Positions 60,961-64,000 of a stretch of 64,000 bases of DNA are shown here, piece after piece. The position numbers were made by a program, and so were the translations under genes. Source of the DNA: Kudoa neothunni. Taxonomy: Eukaryota; Animalia; Cnidaria. Each line of letters opens with the position of its first letter. Within the stretch, counting starts at the first letter, position 1. The stretch is from contig OZ199840.1 of NCBI GenBank assembly GCA_964304625.1, forward strand, positions 5,817,200 to 5,881,199, given 5' to 3'. The notes under the pieces were generated by a model. The model was not told the origin of the DNA. It did no database searches and saw only the letters and a list, made by a program, of their open reading frames with translations.

Positions 60961-63338
60961 ATGGGTTCGCACGAAGTAAACGTTTGCTTGAAACTGGTTG
61001 AATTACGATTCGGAAGTGCACATCGTGACATCGCCGAAAAAATAAGCGAATTCTACAATGGTGTGACATTTGCTCAATTGGTAGCGAATCTAACAAATAG
61101 GGATGAATCTAAGACAAAATTCACACTCGAAAATGTATATATTGTTGTCATCACATATTTAATGTTACTTTGCTATAGATCAGGAATATTCTGGTCGAAC
61201 TGATTCAATGCGGCTATTTGGATTACAATCAAAATGATAATAACAACCTAGATACCAACCTAGCACCACCACCATCAGATAGAGTTGTAGTTACTTATAG
61301 ATTGGCAGTAGAATATATTTTGACTGGATTGTGGCACGCTCAGTATAGTCATTATGTTGGTGTGAAATATGGCAACGTTGCCAAAATGGTTATTCTTCAT
61401 TTATTGATCTATGGAACAACCACTGTGGAGTTGCTTTTTAATCATTTTGTTACCAATGCACATGGTATTGATTATTGGCCGAGAAATTTGAATAAAGTTT
61501 AAAAATTAGTTGACATTGACAACCTCATTCATGCATTTCGTAATTTGGCCAACGACCGTATTTTGGTGTATCACAAAAATTGGCTCAAAGATTTGGAAAG
61601 TGGGTTGGATTTGATAGAGGTTGATTCAGACGAGAATGCTGATCGTCTCTATTTTATACATACCGATGAAACTACACTTCAAGGTACAATTTCTCTTACC
61701 TATCATCTTCGTATTTTTAATCATTTTTCATAGAATTAAAAAAAGTATATGATCGAGAAAATCGACCTGAAACTTTGGTGGTGTCAAGGAAAAGAAGAAT
61801 AAGGTAGTTATGTTGTTGGTTATTGAATGTTGGTGATTAATTTTATTGAAGTGATGGTCCTTGCATCGAGGATGCGGTAATTTCTTGTTTTATGGTTTAT
61901 TTTCTATTTTTTATCCAAGATACCGTTTGCTCAAAGACTTGTATGCGCAAACTACAACACTCTCACATTAATGCTACAGAATGAGGTATTTTATTTGTTT
62001 TTTTTTGGTAGAAGTTGAATTAATGTGATTTAGTTGATGAAACAATTCGCAGTTTCTAGTTTTGATTCTGTGGGTTTTATTCAGGTTGATTTTCGGGAGT
62101 TGTTTCTAACTTTAGATATCTTCAAACATTATTGGAGCGATATTGGATCATGAACAGGAAAACAGAGCTTTAAATGCCGCGCAATCTTCACCCATGTCTT
62201 TTTATAAGGTATGTCATTTGGGAGAAGCATTCTTTAGTTTGATCTTGCTCTCCTCACGATTGTTTATTTTGTTATCAACACTCTTCTAGATTCTCCGTTA
62301 CATGAACCAATTTAATGTTACTGAGGATGATCTGAAATATTACTTAGCGCTGTTACAAGGTGAAGATTTTAGACATGTGATAATCAAAATCGGAGATCAC
62401 AAAATGGGCGACTTTTGTGTAAACATCAAAGCAATCTACCAATATTATGTGGAAAAATCGATGAATATTATAGTGTCTCAGAAGTAATTGTCGTTTTTCC
62501 ACTGATAGTTTGAGTTTATAGCTCATATAATGGGGGTCAATTTTATAGGTACGGTCCCGATGCGGGTCGAATTTGCAAAAGTGTAATCCATTACAAATTC
62601 TTGGATCCCAAACAGGTTGTGGTTTTTTCTCTGCTCAACGTAACCTGTTGGTCTCTCATAGATAAGTAGATTTTGTCTTCTTGATATCGGAGAAACACAG
62701 TCGTTGTTACAAAAACTTTGTAAAGATCAGATTTTGAGTGTTAATGTATGTGTTTTTTCAAATCTATCCAATAAGATGGTACTGTAGTTGATCCCTAAAG
62801 GCGTCGAAACCAGACCACTCAAATCTGTTTGTATTATACACACCGATATCGACAAAATAGCGTCTGTTCTAAAATCAAATTGTATCCAGGTGTCTATCAA
62901 GTCGGTTGTTGTTGATTATAATTTGAATTAGTTTATTGACAATTTATTATCATTACGAAAAGAAATGCACACCAAAAACAAGTATATAATATTCGCATGG
63001 TGGAATCTATGTATACATAATCGGGGTTTCTGGATAGAGTGATAATTGAAAGGGGAGAAAAACTTAAGAAAATTGTTGAAAAACTCAAACAACAAAATGA
63101 CACCTCACTCAATACAGACTTTGACAATCTCCTTCATGATCAAAGCAACATTTTGAGCGATAATGAGAAAAAAATGTATGATCATCTACAGCTACATTTC
63201 CAAAAGTATTCTATCTTTATTGGTGTGATTGATTCTAACAGTTACCTTCTAAGGATTGATGTTACGTTGGCTAATCTCTCTCAGCAATACTTTCTTATCA
63301 AATACTACCTAAAATTAATCCAATTACAATCATCTTAA
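60961..63338 (+). CDS. POLR3C: RNA polymerase III subunit RPC3 (C62/C82), multi-exon with many short introns
   Basis: EVNVCLKLVELRFG..IRNILVELIQCGYL, VKYGNVAKMVILHLLIYG and YGPDAGRICKSVIHYKFLDPKQ follow the RPC62 winged-helix pattern. Introns checked at 61135-61178 and 61464-61509; later junctions not all resolved. Confidence 0.82.
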
Positions 63339-64000
63339 TAGAGATTATATGTAGTTTTGGTTCTGTTCTGTAAATTATTCGCTTCATCTCACTTGATTTT
63401 TATTGGTTTCTTTATTTTTCAATTACTCCTCCCGCGTATAAAATGCTTGAATGTTGCTACATTGACCAAATTATGATCAGTTAAGAGTATTGGGGCTTGT
63501 TTCGAATTTTTTTTCTTGTACGACAAATAGTGGGCGCCATTTTAAGTTATTAAGTTTAGACTCTAACAGAGATTAAGGAAAAGTTTTTGATCAAAAATTA
63601 ATTTCTGTCAGTTAATTGCAATTATTATATTTATAATTAAGACATTATAATTAAAATTTCGGTTTGCCGTTGAATCCCCTCATTCATTTTTTAAATTTTA
63701 CTTGATGTTTTAATTGGTTAGAAATATCCACATTTTATGTTATTTCTAATTGATTATATATTTTTATTTTAACTCCTAATAGATATTTGAGAATTAACTG
63801 ATGCGCTTTTTTAACTAAATATATTTTTCCTTTAATATTACATTTGGATCAAATAATACACTTTCGTTTCTAATGTTCGATTCGAGTGTCCTAATTTTGA
63901 ATATTAAGGTCGAACGATTCTCGAAATTTTTCTGATACATCGAGAAGAAATATTTTAATGTAAAATAAATATTGGCAGCTATGAAGCCATTAAATATAAG

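Noticed and set aside
1-64000. CRISPR array, rRNA or viral genes
   Set aside because: No regularly spaced repeat-spacer array, rRNA-like sequence, env or capsid gene seen.

Overview
AT-rich eukaryotic DNA, almost certainly animal: it carries an OATP/SLCO transporter, a BCL9/Legless-like gene and POLR3C, with uniform 42-61 nt GT-AG introns. This suggests a compact-genome invertebrate, possibly a parasite; the taxon cannot be fixed from the window. There are five host genes: an intronless 1275-aa orphan type-I membrane coiled-coil protein (2295-6122), an intronless ~887-aa helical protein (FIRRM/C1orf112-like, tentative), an SLCO gene with 6 exons, a BCL9-like gene with HD1 but no visible HD2, and POLR3C. 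More than half of the window is a graveyard of nested transposons whose ends and target-site duplications (TSDs) are still readable. One nest has four levels: LTR gag-pro remnant > MULE (9-bp TSD) > Gypsy with 82-bp LTRs (5-bp TSD) > Merlin/IS1595-like element with an atypical 11-bp TSD. A second has three levels: piggyBac > Merlin > Tc1/IS630. Further piggyBac, MULE, hAT, pogo and MITE copies are present, plus two tRNA-like/Pol III-type structured segments. Best leads: the orphan surface protein, the HD2-less AT-hook BCL9, the atypical Merlin-like element, the very compact Gypsy and the structured Pol III-type RNA at 25.4-25.6 kb. All family assignments are by eye from motifs; no searches were run.
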